Positions 1-9,261 of a stretch of 64,000 bases of DNA are shown piece after piece. The stretch's first letter is position 1; each line of letters begins with the position of its first letter. Source of the DNA: an uncultured Flavobacteriaceae bacterium (GTDB lineage: Bacteria > Bacteroidota > Bacteroidia > Flavobacteriales > Flavobacteriaceae); contig CAJQMT010000006.1 of assembly GCA_905479475.1 (NCBI GenBank), positions 1,260-65,259 of the forward strand. Direction: 5' to 3'. The notes under the pieces were generated by a model. It did no database searches. It was given only the letters and a program-made list of their open reading frames with translations, and had not been told where the DNA came from. A program made the position numbers and the translations under genes.

Positions 1-718
1 AATATTCAATAGCATCAAGATTGATAATTTGAAATTTATGTTTAATTTTACTATCCTTATAAAAATCATAAGTCACTTGTGCTAAAGAAGGAAATTTGAA
101 ATCATAGACCATGAATGAAAATTCTTTAATCATTTGTTGTCGGATAAATTCTTCGATGATAGAATATGTTTTTCCAGATCCTGGATTTCCCATCACGATA
201 GATCCTCTGAAAGGGTTGATAATATTTATCCATCCATTTTTCATCTTTAAATTGACCGAATATTCATTTATCATTTTCTTTTTTTCTTGTTTAAAGACTT
301 CATTACTTTCATTAAACTGATCATCTTGATCAAAGTATGAAAAATAACGTCTAAAAATGATAATTGAAGTAATAAATGAAATGGATGAAATAATCGTTAA
401 TATTGCATGAAAAAAAGGAAATTTTAAGAAAAAAGAACTTGTTATAACAGCAAGTAAAGTTGCAAATACAATTAAAAGAGAAAAATATTTAAACTTTGAT
501 GTTTTAGGAACTTTTTTTACATGAATTCCCATAGAACAAAAAGCGAAAATAGAAAGATAAATAATTTTAATATTAATTGAATTACTACATAAAATATCGA
601 TTTGATTACAAACAAAATATTGGATAGGTCTCATAGTGGGTATGCTTAGATGCAATGCGACGTCAAAAGCAACAAGCAGAAACCCTATTGTAAAAGCAAA
701 TATTACTAAGGAATCCAT
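1..718 (-). CDS. Type IV secretion coupling protein (VirD4/TraD-like; Bacteroidetes TraG/MobC-type T4CP), N-terminal part only; C-terminus beyond window start
   Basis: The minus-strand frame is open from ATG at 718 (MDSLVIFAFTIGFLLVAFDVALHLSIPTMRPIQYFVCNQ...) to the window edge, which is why it is missing from the ORF track. It has N-terminal hydrophobic helices with a YWFCY-like segment. An in-frame Walker A GNPGSGKT is encoded at 167-190. Confidence 0.7.
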   Translation of the reverse strand, partial: MDSLVIFAFTIGFLLVAFDVALHLSIPTMRPIQYFVCNQIDILCSNSINIKIIYLSIFAFCSMGIHVKKVPKTSKFKYFSLLIVFATLLAVITSSFFLKFPFFHAILTIISSISFITSIIIFRRYFSYFDQDDQFNESNEVFKQEKKKMINEYSVNLKMKNGWINIINPFRGSIVMGNPGSGKTYSIIEEFIRQQMIKEFSFMVYDFKFPSLAQVTYDFYKDSKIKHKFQIINLDAIEY

Positions 719-734
719 ATTGTATTTATTTCCA

Positions 735-1052
735 CTATCTCCCATTGTTATTCTTATTTATTTGGATTAATGATTCAATTTTACAATTTACGCTAATACT
801 TTCTTGTTTTTCAATTAATAAAAATAGATAGGAGAGTACCCCTCCCATTTTTTTAAACTTTTTGGCTAGTTTTAAATTACAAAACGCAATTCCTAGTATT
901 AATAATGATATCCAAATTGATTTAGCGATCACGATTAAAGCTGCTAAAATTAATCCTAAAGTGGTTACTGCGGTTTGAATGCTGAGTCCAAAAACTTCTG
1001 GAGTTTTTTCCAGGCATTTTGGAATTGTAAATTTTTTGATGGTTTTATCCAT
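735..1052 (-). CDS. Small integral membrane protein, possible TraF/VirB3-like T4SS component
   Basis: 105 aa. The segment IPKCLEKTPEVFGLSIQTAVTTLGLILAALIVI, followed by a second TM helix, resembles the N-terminal pattern I recall for Bacteroidetes TraF (DUF4133). It lies 6 nt downstream of the TraJ-like gene. Confidence 0.4.
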   Translation of the reverse strand: MDKTIKKFTIPKCLEKTPEVFGLSIQTAVTTLGLILAALIVIAKSIWISLLILGIAFCNLKLAKKFKKMGGVLSYLFLLIEKQESISVNCKIESLIQINKNNNGR

Positions 1053-1058
1053 GATTTT

Positions 1059-1916
1059 TTATTTTTTAGAGGATAACATTGATTTTATTGAAGAGACTCC
1101 TGATGAAATTTTTCGAGATGCTGATGAGGCTCCTCCAGAATAAGGACTTCCTAGCGGACTTCCTCCATTAATCATAAATTCGCAAAATCTAGGAATTTTA
1201 AAGAACAAAAATATAGAAGTTATTTGGACAGCAACAATGACAAAAAAGGAAGTGAAACTTACCGTTTCTATTCTAGTTAAAATAACCAAATACTTTAAAA
1301 TAATGATAAATGGTTCCCACATAAGAATTGCTAGAAAAGATAAAGACCAGTTTTTAAAAGAATTTTCATTTCCAGGGATAAGCGAAAAGATGATTGAAAA
1401 ATAGCCCATAATATAATATACTGCAACACTCAGGCTTTGTTTGATTAGCATATAGGATGCTATAAAACTTCCTACAAAATAAATAAGCAAGTGTAATAAT
1501 TCCATAATTGGATTTATCTGTAAAACATCGTACAATCGGTCATCTGTTCGTGTCATAGAAGAATTAAAACGACCATCAAAGCCTGCTGTATCTATACCTG
1601 TTAGACTAAGAATTGCTTCTTCTATAATTTGTGTTAAAATGCTCATAGGTGTCATCATAAAATTTTCGATAAGAGGATTGTATAAGGCAATTCCTGCTAA
1701 AATTAAACAAGGACGAACCAATATATAAGGATCTAAGCCCTTTTCAGGATTTACCATATATAAGGTAACTTTATACACGATAAAAATTAAGACAAGAACA
1801 CCTGTAATTGTAGACAAATGATTATGAAACTCATCAATCAAAAGTTGGAATTGATCTATGAAATCCGTTCTCATTTGAAGGATGAAATCGTTTGTAGATG
1901 TTTGTGAAAAAAGCAT
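1059..1916 (-). CDS. traJ: Polytopic membrane protein, TraJ-like (VirB6 analogue) T4SS component
   Basis: 285 aa with multiple TM helices. It has a VRPCLILAGIALYNP segment like the LRPFALGLCIMFFP segment of TraJ and a Gly/Ser-rich C-terminal tail (GGSPLGSPYSGGASSASRK) as in Bac_Flav_CT_J proteins. Confidence 0.55.
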   Translation of the reverse strand: MLFSQTSTNDFILQMRTDFIDQFQLLIDEFHNHLSTITGVLVLIFIVYKVTLYMVNPEKGLDPYILVRPCLILAGIALYNPLIENFMMTPMSILTQIIEEAILSLTGIDTAGFDGRFNSSMTRTDDRLYDVLQINPIMELLHLLIYFVGSFIASYMLIKQSLSVAVYYIMGYFSIIFSLIPGNENSFKNWSLSFLAILMWEPFIIILKYLVILTRIETVSFTSFFVIVAVQITSIFLFFKIPRFCEFMINGGSPLGSPYSGGASSASRKISSGVSSIKSMLSSKK

Positions 1917-1928
1917 ATAATTTCTTTT

Positions 1929-2501
1929 TTAAGTAGCTATTAGAGGTAACAATCCTATCAAAGCTAATATTTGTGTTAATTTAAAATCTATTTTACTCAA
2001 TTCTGAATAAACTTCGAGATATTCAATAGCCAATCTTTGAGAAGCTACTCTATAATATCCTTCTCCATCTATAAAGAATGTCCCAAGTCCAGCTAAGGCA
2101 AAAACTCTATGTTCTAACCTCTCAGTTCTCTCTTTTAAGACTGAAAAATCGCTTAGTTTTTTTCGAAACCCAGGAGCATAATGTATGGGGAGGATTGAAA
2201 GTCTTTTTATATCGATATTATTTATAAGAACTCTAGAGGCTATTGATAAAGCATTTAACGTATTGACATTTCCTAATACAGTACTTCTCCATTTGTTAAG
2301 TTCAGTTTTTTCTTCTTTTTTAATGGTTGGAATTATACTGTTCGCTTGCTCGTTTTTCATTACAGTTGCTGAGGCTAACATTCCTGGAATGGCAACTCCA
2401 CGAATGGCAAAGGCACTAGGATCAAAGACATGATTTATAATTTGTTGTCCCAACGATTTATTCCAAATTATTACAAATAAAATAATAGATATGTTTTTCA
2501 T
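1929..2501 (-). CDS. Secreted hypothetical protein (signal peptide, helical); possible TraI/VirB5-like
   Basis: 190 aa. An N-terminal signal peptide ends at LGQ and is followed by QIINHVFDPSAFA, reminiscent of the post-signal VVTDPGNLAQ of TraI (DUF4141) and VirB5/TrbJ proteins. It is the fourth member of a tandem set of similar-sized secreted ORFs. Confidence 0.35.
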   Translation of the reverse strand: MKNISIILFVIIWNKSLGQQIINHVFDPSAFAIRGVAIPGMLASATVMKNEQANSIIPTIKKEEKTELNKWRSTVLGNVNTLNALSIASRVLINNIDIKRLSILPIHYAPGFRKKLSDFSVLKERTERLEHRVFALAGLGTFFIDGEGYYRVASQRLAIEYLEVYSELSKIDFKLTQILALIGLLPLIAT

Positions 2502-2511
2502 TCTTATAATT

Positions 2512-3018
2512 TTACAGGGTTATTTGTAAGGCTCTATCAATAATATCCAACATAAGTATCTTTCGTTCTCCTTCGGTCATATAGTTATCAGTTTTAAAGA
2601 GAGATTTTAATTCGTCTTTTAGAGTTCGAATCTTATTTGTCTGAAAAAGAGCTATCAATCTTATTTTAGTTGCCAATTTTGATAATCCGGGAATGGCTCC
2701 AGAAATAGAATTCTTTGCTACGATATAGTCTATACAATCATTTAAAAAATTATTGACTTCTGTTTTTTTAAAATTTAATGAAGAATTAATTGTTTTTAAA
2801 CTGTTCTCAGAATCAACAACGAATTTTTTTACTGCTTGAGTTTCAAGTGCCATTGCTGTCACACTTGGAATCATTTGTCTATCTACAGAAGTAGCTCTTT
2901 TTTCCTGAGATTTTGCTAAAGGATCTGGAAATGAGGATTTAAAAGGACCTAAGCTTATTGTAATCTGTGCTTGTATATGTAGGGTAAAAAGAAGATATGT
3001 AATTAGATTTAATTTCAT
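2512..3018 (-). CDS. Secreted hypothetical protein (signal peptide, helical)
   Basis: 168 aa with signal peptide MKLNLITYLLFTLHIQAQ. It lies 10 nt from its neighbour. No recognisable motif. Confidence 0.5.
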   Translation of the reverse strand: MKLNLITYLLFTLHIQAQITISLGPFKSSFPDPLAKSQEKRATSVDRQMIPSVTAMALETQAVKKFVVDSENSLKTINSSLNFKKTEVNNFLNDCIDYIVAKNSISGAIPGLSKLATKIRLIALFQTNKIRTLKDELKSLFKTDNYMTEGERKILMLDIIDRALQITL

Positions 3019-3074
3019 GTATCTGAATTTTTATAAGAAGGTATATAGAACTTGTTTTTAGTTATTTAATAAAA

Positions 3075-3620
3075 TTAAAAGAAAGCAAAAAGGCGTGAAG
3101 CATGACCTAAGTTCCCTAAGCTGTCATCCAAGTCTTTTTCTATTTCCTCTAGTTCAGAGACAATTTCTAGAGATGTTTTTAATAAGTTTCCGTTGTTCGA
3201 AAAATTATTGCCAATATCATTGCCTAAGCTTGTTAGATATTTAGAATACATTTTATATTTAGCTCTTTTTCTATTTTTTTTTCTATTAAAAAGTAATGGA
3301 ACTCTATTATTATTACGATTAGCTTCCACTAACTTAACTTCGATTCTAGTAATTGTATTATCTATTTGAAAAATAGGATTGAAAATAGCCATTAATCCAT
3401 AATAAGGGGTTTTTTGTCTCAACATACTATTTAATTTTGTCATTTCATTTTTAACCCTTACTTCGGCAGTTTTAATGAGAGCTAATGTGGTAACATTGGC
3501 CGTTGCAGAAGCTTCGGCTTCCCATAATCGAACAATGATTTGAGCTTCTGTCGTGTAAGTTTTAATTAATGAAAATAAAAAATAGAGAAAAATAATGTTA
3601 TATTTTAGCTGTTTTTTCAT
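3075..3620 (-). CDS. Secreted hypothetical protein (signal peptide, helical, basic central patch)
   Basis: 181 aa with a signal peptide ending TTEAQ. Its start overlaps the stop of the upstream ORF by 4 nt (3617-3620). It contains the basic patch NRKKNRKRAKYK. Confidence 0.5.
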   Translation of the reverse strand: MKKQLKYNIIFLYFLFSLIKTYTTEAQIIVRLWEAEASATANVTTLALIKTAEVRVKNEMTKLNSMLRQKTPYYGLMAIFNPIFQIDNTITRIEVKLVEANRNNNRVPLLFNRKKNRKRAKYKMYSKYLTSLGNDIGNNFSNNGNLLKTSLEIVSELEEIEKDLDDSLGNLGHASRLFAFF

Positions 3621-4234
3621 AAACCTAAGCTTAATATTTCATCCAATTCACTTTGTGGCATCGATGCTACTTTTGATAATAATGATGCTACAATTACAAA
3701 CGCAGCGTTCTTATGCGAATTTCTATTTGTTTTACTTAATTTAGTGAGCATTTTTCGATTGAGCGAATACAATTCTTGTGTATTTGTATTTCTAATATTA
3801 TTATTTCTTGTTAAGGCAATTTGAAGAGCAATTACATCATTTATGGCAAGTTCTCGTATAAAATACTCGTTTTTTGCAGCAGTGATATAAAAAGGAAATG
3901 AAGAAGGTGTAACCATAGGAGCACCTAACAAAAGATTATTAATTACTAGGTTTGCACCTAAGGGAACTGCTAAACTTCTGTCGTACTTGTTTTTCTCGTA
4001 CTCATTTTTCCTAATTTCTATTTTACTCTCTTTAATTTTTTTCAACCCTGTATGAATAAGTGTTTGTTGTGATAGAACAATAGCATTAACAGCTAATTTT
4101 TGACTCAAGACACCTAGTAAAGGTTTATCCGTATTTATCCATGTAATATTAACGACTACAAATTGTGAAAACACAGGAAATGAAATAAATATCAAAAGGG
4201 AATACGTAATTAATTTTCTATGCATTTTTTTCAT
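3617..4234 (-). CDS. Secreted hypothetical protein (signal peptide, helical)
   Basis: 205 aa with a signal peptide ending PVFSQ. Its start shares 1 nt with the stop of the upstream ORF (TAATG at 4234), suggesting translational coupling. Confidence 0.5.
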   Translation of the reverse strand: MKKMHRKLITYSLLIFISFPVFSQFVVVNITWINTDKPLLGVLSQKLAVNAIVLSQQTLIHTGLKKIKESKIEIRKNEYEKNKYDRSLAVPLGANLVINNLLLGAPMVTPSSFPFYITAAKNEYFIRELAINDVIALQIALTRNNNIRNTNTQELYSLNRKMLTKLSKTNRNSHKNAAFVIVASLLSKVASMPQSELDEILSLGL

Positions 4235-4893
4235 TATTTAATTGTCGCTCTCCGAGTTGTACGATTTGGTAAAGAGTTTTTTCTACTTGGCAAAGAATTT
4301 CTTCTTTTTCGTGCTTCTCCACTTAATCCTATAGTGGGTTTAGTGAATCCCTCAAACTTTGAGCCTTGAAACTTTGAAGTGCTCTTGGATTTCAATCCAT
4401 TTGAGGTCGATGTTGATTGCTCTTTGGGAAGTACTTTAACTGATACAGAATCAGGTCTGGTCTTCATTTTTTTTAAATCCTCTTTGTTCATTTCTAATGA
4501 ACTCGTTTCTGTTTCTGGGTCAATTTCTCTTGTTTTTTTTTCTTCTCTTGTTTCTGCTGGGTCAATTTCTCTTGTTCTTTTTCGCTTTTCTCTTTTTTTA
4601 TTTAAATATGCCAAAGCTTTTTTAATTGTTTTTATAATTGGTTTTTTACACACAAAAATAAATACGACAAGACCTAATCCTATTCCTATGAGACCACCAA
4701 TAACAAGTAATAGACTAACTAAAAGAACGGCTTTGACATAGTTTAAAAGTCGTTCACTAAGAGGTTTTGTGTTTTTAGATTCTTCTTCTTTTTCTGAAGA
4801 AGTAGTCTTGCTCTGATCGATGTTTGGATCATGGTCTGGATTAGTATCTAGTTCAGCACTTGATTTATATGTTGGATTAACAATTGGTTTCAT
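4234..4893 (-). CDS. Single-pass membrane protein with an acidic disordered N-terminus, a basic C-terminus and internal repeats
   Basis: 219 aa with a central TM helix AVLLVSLLLVIGGLIGIGLGLVVFIFV. It has a 14-aa tandem repeat TREIDP(A)ET... and the C-terminal repeat RRNSLPSRKNSLPNR. Confidence 0.55.
   Translation of the reverse strand: MKPIVNPTYKSSAELDTNPDHDPNIDQSKTTSSEKEEESKNTKPLSERLLNYVKAVLLVSLLLVIGGLIGIGLGLVVFIFVCKKPIIKTIKKALAYLNKKREKRKRTREIDPAETREEKKTREIDPETETSSLEMNKEDLKKMKTRPDSVSVKVLPKEQSTSTSNGLKSKSTSKFQGSKFEGFTKPTIGLSGEARKRRNSLPSRKNSLPNRTTRRATIK
4515..4576. repeat. Intragenic tandem repeat with a 42-nt period; the exact 20-nt core ctgggtcaatttctcttgtt occurs at 4515-4534 and 4557-4576
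   Basis: Read directly from the sequence. It encodes the duplicated TREIDP motif of the 219-aa membrane protein. Confidence 0.9.
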
Positions 4894-4911
4894 ACTCAGA
4901 ATAGATTCTAG

Positions 4912-5418
4912 TTATTGATTCTTAAATTTCTTTTTACTTAAATTTTCCTTTTCAATTTTTTTATGATTATTTACTCTTGAAAGTTTATGTAAATTAGACG
5001 CGAACATTTTTTTTAGATTTTCTTTTTGTACTTTTCTAAGAGATGTTACGCTATTTTTATTTAAAAAAGTTGTTAGGTCTTTTATATTAAGAGTATCAAC
5101 CTCATAGATTTCCCTCAAAAAAGGAGGGATGTTTTTTGATATTTTAAGGAATCGACTAATTTTTTCCGAACTTAAGGATCTTATTTTCTGAAGTAAAATA
5201 GAAAGTATAATCATTAAAATTTCCCATTCTTTTTCTAAAAAAGAAAGATTGTTTTTCTTCAGGATAGAGTTGATCAATTCTAAAAATTTTTGTTTTTCAA
5301 AATTTTCTAAAATAAGTATAGTAACTAAGAATAAAAAGAGACCTCCTTGTGGACTGGGGCAAACTTTAAGTTTGGTGATTATTTGTAGAATCTCTTTTTT
5401 TTGATTGTTCGTTGACAT
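4912..5418 (-). CDS. Hypothetical Lys/Leu-rich protein; first gene after a 292-bp gap in the tra gene train
   Basis: 168-aa ORF with two weakly hydrophobic stretches (LFLFLVTILIL, ILMIILSILL). No recognisable motif. Confidence 0.45.
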   Translation of the reverse strand: MSTNNQKKEILQIITKLKVCPSPQGGLFLFLVTILILENFEKQKFLELINSILKKNNLSFLEKEWEILMIILSILLQKIRSLSSEKISRFLKISKNIPPFLREIYEVDTLNIKDLTTFLNKNSVTSLRKVQKENLKKMFASNLHKLSRVNNHKKIEKENLSKKKFKNQ

Positions 5419-5710
5419 TTTTAGTAATATTTTTTTGTTGAATAAATAGGATCCTTGTTTTTCATAGTTGTTGATAGAAACTATATTTCAATGTTCCTTT
5501 ATAAAACATTGTTGACTATTACTCTGCTTTCTGAGAAATGTTATGTAAAACCAAAAAAATAAAAGTGATCTAAAAAGTTATTTTTAGAGAATAATTACTT
5601 TGTTTGATTAAAAAGAGATGCTAGATTATTCTTTTAACGTTTTGGAAGAATTTTTTTTAGATCTCATTTTTTTAACAAAATTTCCTTTAGGTTTTGGACA
5701 TTGAAAATGT

Positions 5711-8032
5711 TTAATTTATAAAATTTTCAAATGCCATTTTTATATTTCCTTTTTCTTTGTATGTTTTATAAATTTTTTCGTTTTCATCTCCATTAGAGGT
5801 ATAACAAGCGTATCTCTGAGGAGAAACTTTTACTTTATAGATGTTAGAAAGACTACCCATTTTAATAAAAACTTGTCTTTTATCTGTGGCATATAATTTA
5901 GAAACATCAGACTCTGTAAAGGATAGATATTTAGAAAATTTATCTTTAAGTGAAAGTTTCTTTTTGTGGGAGAGTAATAAAAAAGTATCTGTATTATTAA
6001 TCATTGCTGGTCCGGCATCTGTGCTAAGAATATCGTCAATATCTTGAGTAGCAATGGCTATTTCTCCATAAAATTTACGAATGGTTTTGTAGAGATATTT
6101 TATAAATCCTACCATTTCACCCTGTGAAAGAGGCTTCCAACATTCATCAATAAATATAGATTTTTTAACTCCAGGAAGGTTTCTAATTTTGTCCATTGTT
6201 GTCTCTATTAACAACATAATTACTAATGGAAATAATATTGGATGATCTTTAATATTGTCCAATTCAAAAACAATAAATCTTTTATGTAAAAAGTCCACTT
6301 TATCCTCCGCATTTAAAACAAAGTCATAATCTCCTCCTTTATAAAAATCAATGGTAGAAAAAACAAAACTTTTTTTATCAAAAAATAAGTCACCTCCTTC
6401 AACATTACTTTCTAGGACATGATCATAAAAAGTGTTAAAACAAGGTCTTATTGTGGTGTCGTTTTCTGTTTTTTCGAAAAAAGAATCTAAATATTTTGAG
6501 AGTACATTTTTTTCTTCTCTACTAGGTTTGTTATCAGATCCTTTCCATAAAAATAATAATAATGAAACTAAAAACTCTTTTTTTTCGATACTATATTTTT
6601 CAAAATTAAAAGGGTTGAATTTTAAAGGATTTTCTTCTTCATATTCTAAATAATCACCTCCAACAAGAAGACATAGTTTTTTATAGGAATTTCCAATATC
6701 CATGATAATGACATGATGTCCTTGTTCATAATACTGACTTACTATATGGTTTACCAAGAATGATTTCCCCGTTCCCGAAGGACCAAATATCAAACGATTT
6801 CTATTAACAATCAATCCTTTTTTTAAAGGGCTGTCCCATAAATCTACCCTTACAGGTTCTTCATGCACAATATCAGAAAAGAGTATTCCATTGGTAGACT
6901 TTGTGGCGGTTGTTTCAAAATTTATAAATGTACTAATCGCTTCTGTTGGAAGTATAAATTGATGAACGTTATTCATATTTGAACAGTTTCCAGGGCAATT
7001 TGCTTGGTAGAAATCTTTTGATGAGGCTGTTAAATAATTGAGTTTTATCTTTGATTTTTGAAATTCCTTTCGAACTAAATCTACATTGTCTTCTAAAATT
7101 TTGTACTGAGCATCCCATAGAAACATACTAAAATTTACTTTTGCATACTTGATTTTATTTTTTTCTCCCTCATCTAAAAAATCATCCAATGTTTCATTGG
7201 AGAGCTTATTAAACCTAGAAAGACTTCGTAAGCCTTTAAATTTATTAGATTTGGTTTCAATTTCTTTTTTAATGTCATCTGATTCTTCGATGAAAATAAG
7301 TTGGTTGTACAGATGATTGCATGAAATTGAAAAAACGTAATTGTGGGTAAACGGAATGAAAAAATCTGTTCTATCTGTAGAATATGATTTTTCTTTTTTG
7401 TAACGAGTAAAAGATTGAGGTAGATCACTACAATTTTCCATTGAAAATATTTTTACAAAATTATCTTTTACTTGAAATCCTTTATCAAAGGAAAGTTCAT
7501 AGTCTTCTTCCTCATGATATGATGTTGAGTTTGATAAAGAAAAATAAGAATTTAATAAGTCTATGATTTCTTTTTCTTGTAGTTGTTTAATCTCAAAGAA
7601 ATCCGATAAATTTAATTTATTTATAAATGAACTTGAACATTTAATGAAATGTTCGATTTCCTCTTTTTTTAATGATGTTTTCTTATTGTTTCTTTTTTGG
7701 TTGTAACTTAAAATAAGATAGCATTCGTGTTTTAAAATAGGACTTTCATAAAAAAATTTGTTGTCAGATCTAGGAAGGTACTTTGTAGAATCGGTTACGG
7801 GTAATGTAGAATCTTTTTTAAAAAAATAATCTTGTTTTTGAAATATTGTTCCTGTAGGTAGATTTTCAATACTACTGCTTATGATACTAGAGATAAAATC
7901 TAGATTCTCCCTACTGATTGAAAATACTTCTGGCAGTTCTACTTTAAAAGCAAGGCTAATCGCTCCACTTTTTGAGATAATCATATCGTCATCAATGGTT
8001 AGAATAGGGAAAAAAGATTTAAAATCAATCAT
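5711..8032 (-). CDS. traG: Conjugative transfer ATPase TraG (VirB4 family, Bacteroidetes type)
   Basis: 773 aa. The N-terminus FPILTIDDDMIISKSGAISLAFKVELPEVFS is typical of Bac_Flav_CT_G. It has Walker A GPSGTGKSF and Walker B SIFIDECW. Confidence 0.92.
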   Translation of the reverse strand: MIDFKSFFPILTIDDDMIISKSGAISLAFKVELPEVFSISRENLDFISSIISSSIENLPTGTIFQKQDYFFKKDSTLPVTDSTKYLPRSDNKFFYESPILKHECYLILSYNQKRNNKKTSLKKEEIEHFIKCSSSFINKLNLSDFFEIKQLQEKEIIDLLNSYFSLSNSTSYHEEEDYELSFDKGFQVKDNFVKIFSMENCSDLPQSFTRYKKEKSYSTDRTDFFIPFTHNYVFSISCNHLYNQLIFIEESDDIKKEIETKSNKFKGLRSLSRFNKLSNETLDDFLDEGEKNKIKYAKVNFSMFLWDAQYKILEDNVDLVRKEFQKSKIKLNYLTASSKDFYQANCPGNCSNMNNVHQFILPTEAISTFINFETTATKSTNGILFSDIVHEEPVRVDLWDSPLKKGLIVNRNRLIFGPSGTGKSFLVNHIVSQYYEQGHHVIIMDIGNSYKKLCLLVGGDYLEYEEENPLKFNPFNFEKYSIEKKEFLVSLLLFLWKGSDNKPSREEKNVLSKYLDSFFEKTENDTTIRPCFNTFYDHVLESNVEGGDLFFDKKSFVFSTIDFYKGGDYDFVLNAEDKVDFLHKRFIVFELDNIKDHPILFPLVIMLLIETTMDKIRNLPGVKKSIFIDECWKPLSQGEMVGFIKYLYKTIRKFYGEIAIATQDIDDILSTDAGPAMINNTDTFLLLSHKKKLSLKDKFSKYLSFTESDVSKLYATDKRQVFIKMGSLSNIYKVKVSPQRYACYTSNGDENEKIYKTYKEKGNIKMAFENFIN

Positions 8033-8043
8033 AGTATTTTTTT

Positions 8044-8526
8044 TTAATGTTTTAATAATTCCTTATTAAGATCTCTTAATATTGAATTTGTTTTCACCAT
8101 TATATTACTTTGCACAGCACTTTTTGGAGTGTATGTAGTACTAGTCAAAGGAATACTCCTAACGAGTCTATCTGCAAATTTTAAAAGTCTAATTTTTTGA
8201 CGACACCTTTTTATTTTTAAAGGGTTGAAAGGCATTTTTAGCGGGTTTTTAGGGTTCCAACAAGGATTTACAGGGAAAGTGTAAGAGAACGAACTCGTTT
8301 TAGTCGTTCTCGTTTTTGTAGCCTCATAAAAAACAGTGCTTTCTAATGCGTATTCTGTGAATTTAGGAAAACTTCTAGTAAGTTCTTTTTTATATTCTTT
8401 GGCTAATTGTATTTGTACTTCTCTCAAAATATAGCTAATGGCGATATCTGCAGTTTGTGACATAACATTAGAAGTCAACATTGTAAAAAATAATAATAAA
8501 ATAATAAAATAATTTTTCATAGTCAT
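8044..8526 (-). CDS. Secreted hypothetical protein
   Basis: 160 aa with a signal peptide ending NVMSQ. It contains the short repeat NPKNPLKMPFNPLKIK. It lies 11 nt upstream of traG. Confidence 0.5.
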   Translation of the reverse strand: MTMKNYFIILLLFFTMLTSNVMSQTADIAISYILREVQIQLAKEYKKELTRSFPKFTEYALESTVFYEATKTRTTKTSSFSYTFPVNPCWNPKNPLKMPFNPLKIKRCRQKIRLLKFADRLVRSIPLTSTTYTPKSAVQSNIMVKTNSILRDLNKELLKH

Positions 8527-8657
8527 GATATGCTAAATATGATATGTTTAAGAAATGTTATTGGCTAAAACGAAAGCTCAAATGAGTTTCTATTTTAAAA
8601 CAAAACAATCTTCCTAATCATTTACTGGCCTAAATAAGAATTACTATATTCATGAAT

Positions 8658-9191
8658 TTACTTTGTTTTAATTTCGTTTTTAAACAGTATAATTGCTTTT
8701 TCTCGGGTTTGATCAAAAATTTCCGCTCCAAATTCTATTTTAATAAGGTCCTCCATTTTGATTGAATAACATTCTGTTCCTGGTGACACAATACAGCCAA
8801 GATGTTCGGTTGAAATCCCATAATTTGATTTTAAAAGATTCTCATAAAACCTGTTAAATTTAGATTCCTCTGCCATGGGTAACATTATTGCTCCAAAAGT
8901 GTATAATTTGTAAATTTTGTTTCCTGCGTTTTTCATTGCTTGTTTTATTCCAGTTTCACAGCCTCCTAATTGGGTAGAATCTTTACGAAGAGAATACCAT
9001 TTGGAAATTTTGTTTTCTATCTTTTTAATCTTGTTAGGTATTCCTCCACTCTTATTCTCAACATGGCAAGATGTTTCTAAAATTTCTTTTTGATCTTTTA
9101 GAGTTTTTGAGAATGAAATTGAGAAATAATAAAAGACTATTGCAAGAGATATAAAGGTGATAAAATAGTTTATGCATTTATGTTTTGACAT
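8658..9191 (-). CDS. N-terminally membrane-anchored hypothetical protein (Cys-containing)
   Basis: 177 aa with one N-terminal TM helix (YFITFISLAIVFYYFSI). Four further Cys residues lie in the predicted extracytoplasmic part. Confidence 0.45.
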   Translation of the reverse strand: MSKHKCINYFITFISLAIVFYYFSISFSKTLKDQKEILETSCHVENKSGGIPNKIKKIENKISKWYSLRKDSTQLGGCETGIKQAMKNAGNKIYKLYTFGAIMLPMAEESKFNRFYENLLKSNYGISTEHLGCIVSPGTECYSIKMEDLIKIEFGAEIFDQTREKAIILFKNEIKTK

Positions 9192-9261
9192 ATGATCTGA
9201 TTTTGAAGAGCATTCGTTTTTAATAAAATGCTTAAAAATACCATGTCCATTCTATATGTAT

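Noticed and set aside
111-320. 69-aa plus-strand ORF from the track
   Set aside because: It lies antisense inside the open coupling-protein frame, which carries an in-frame Walker A at 167-190. Its translation is low-complexity and hydrophobic, typical of antisense AT-rich DNA.
4240-4300. RRNSLP / RKNSLP read as eukaryote-like basophilic kinase phosphorylation sites
   Set aside because: This is pure motif coincidence in a very basic tail. Nothing in the window supports a host-targeted role.
7174-7428. 84-aa minus-strand ORF inside traG in another frame
   Set aside because: It is fully nested in the TraG ORF, which has strong ATPase motifs.
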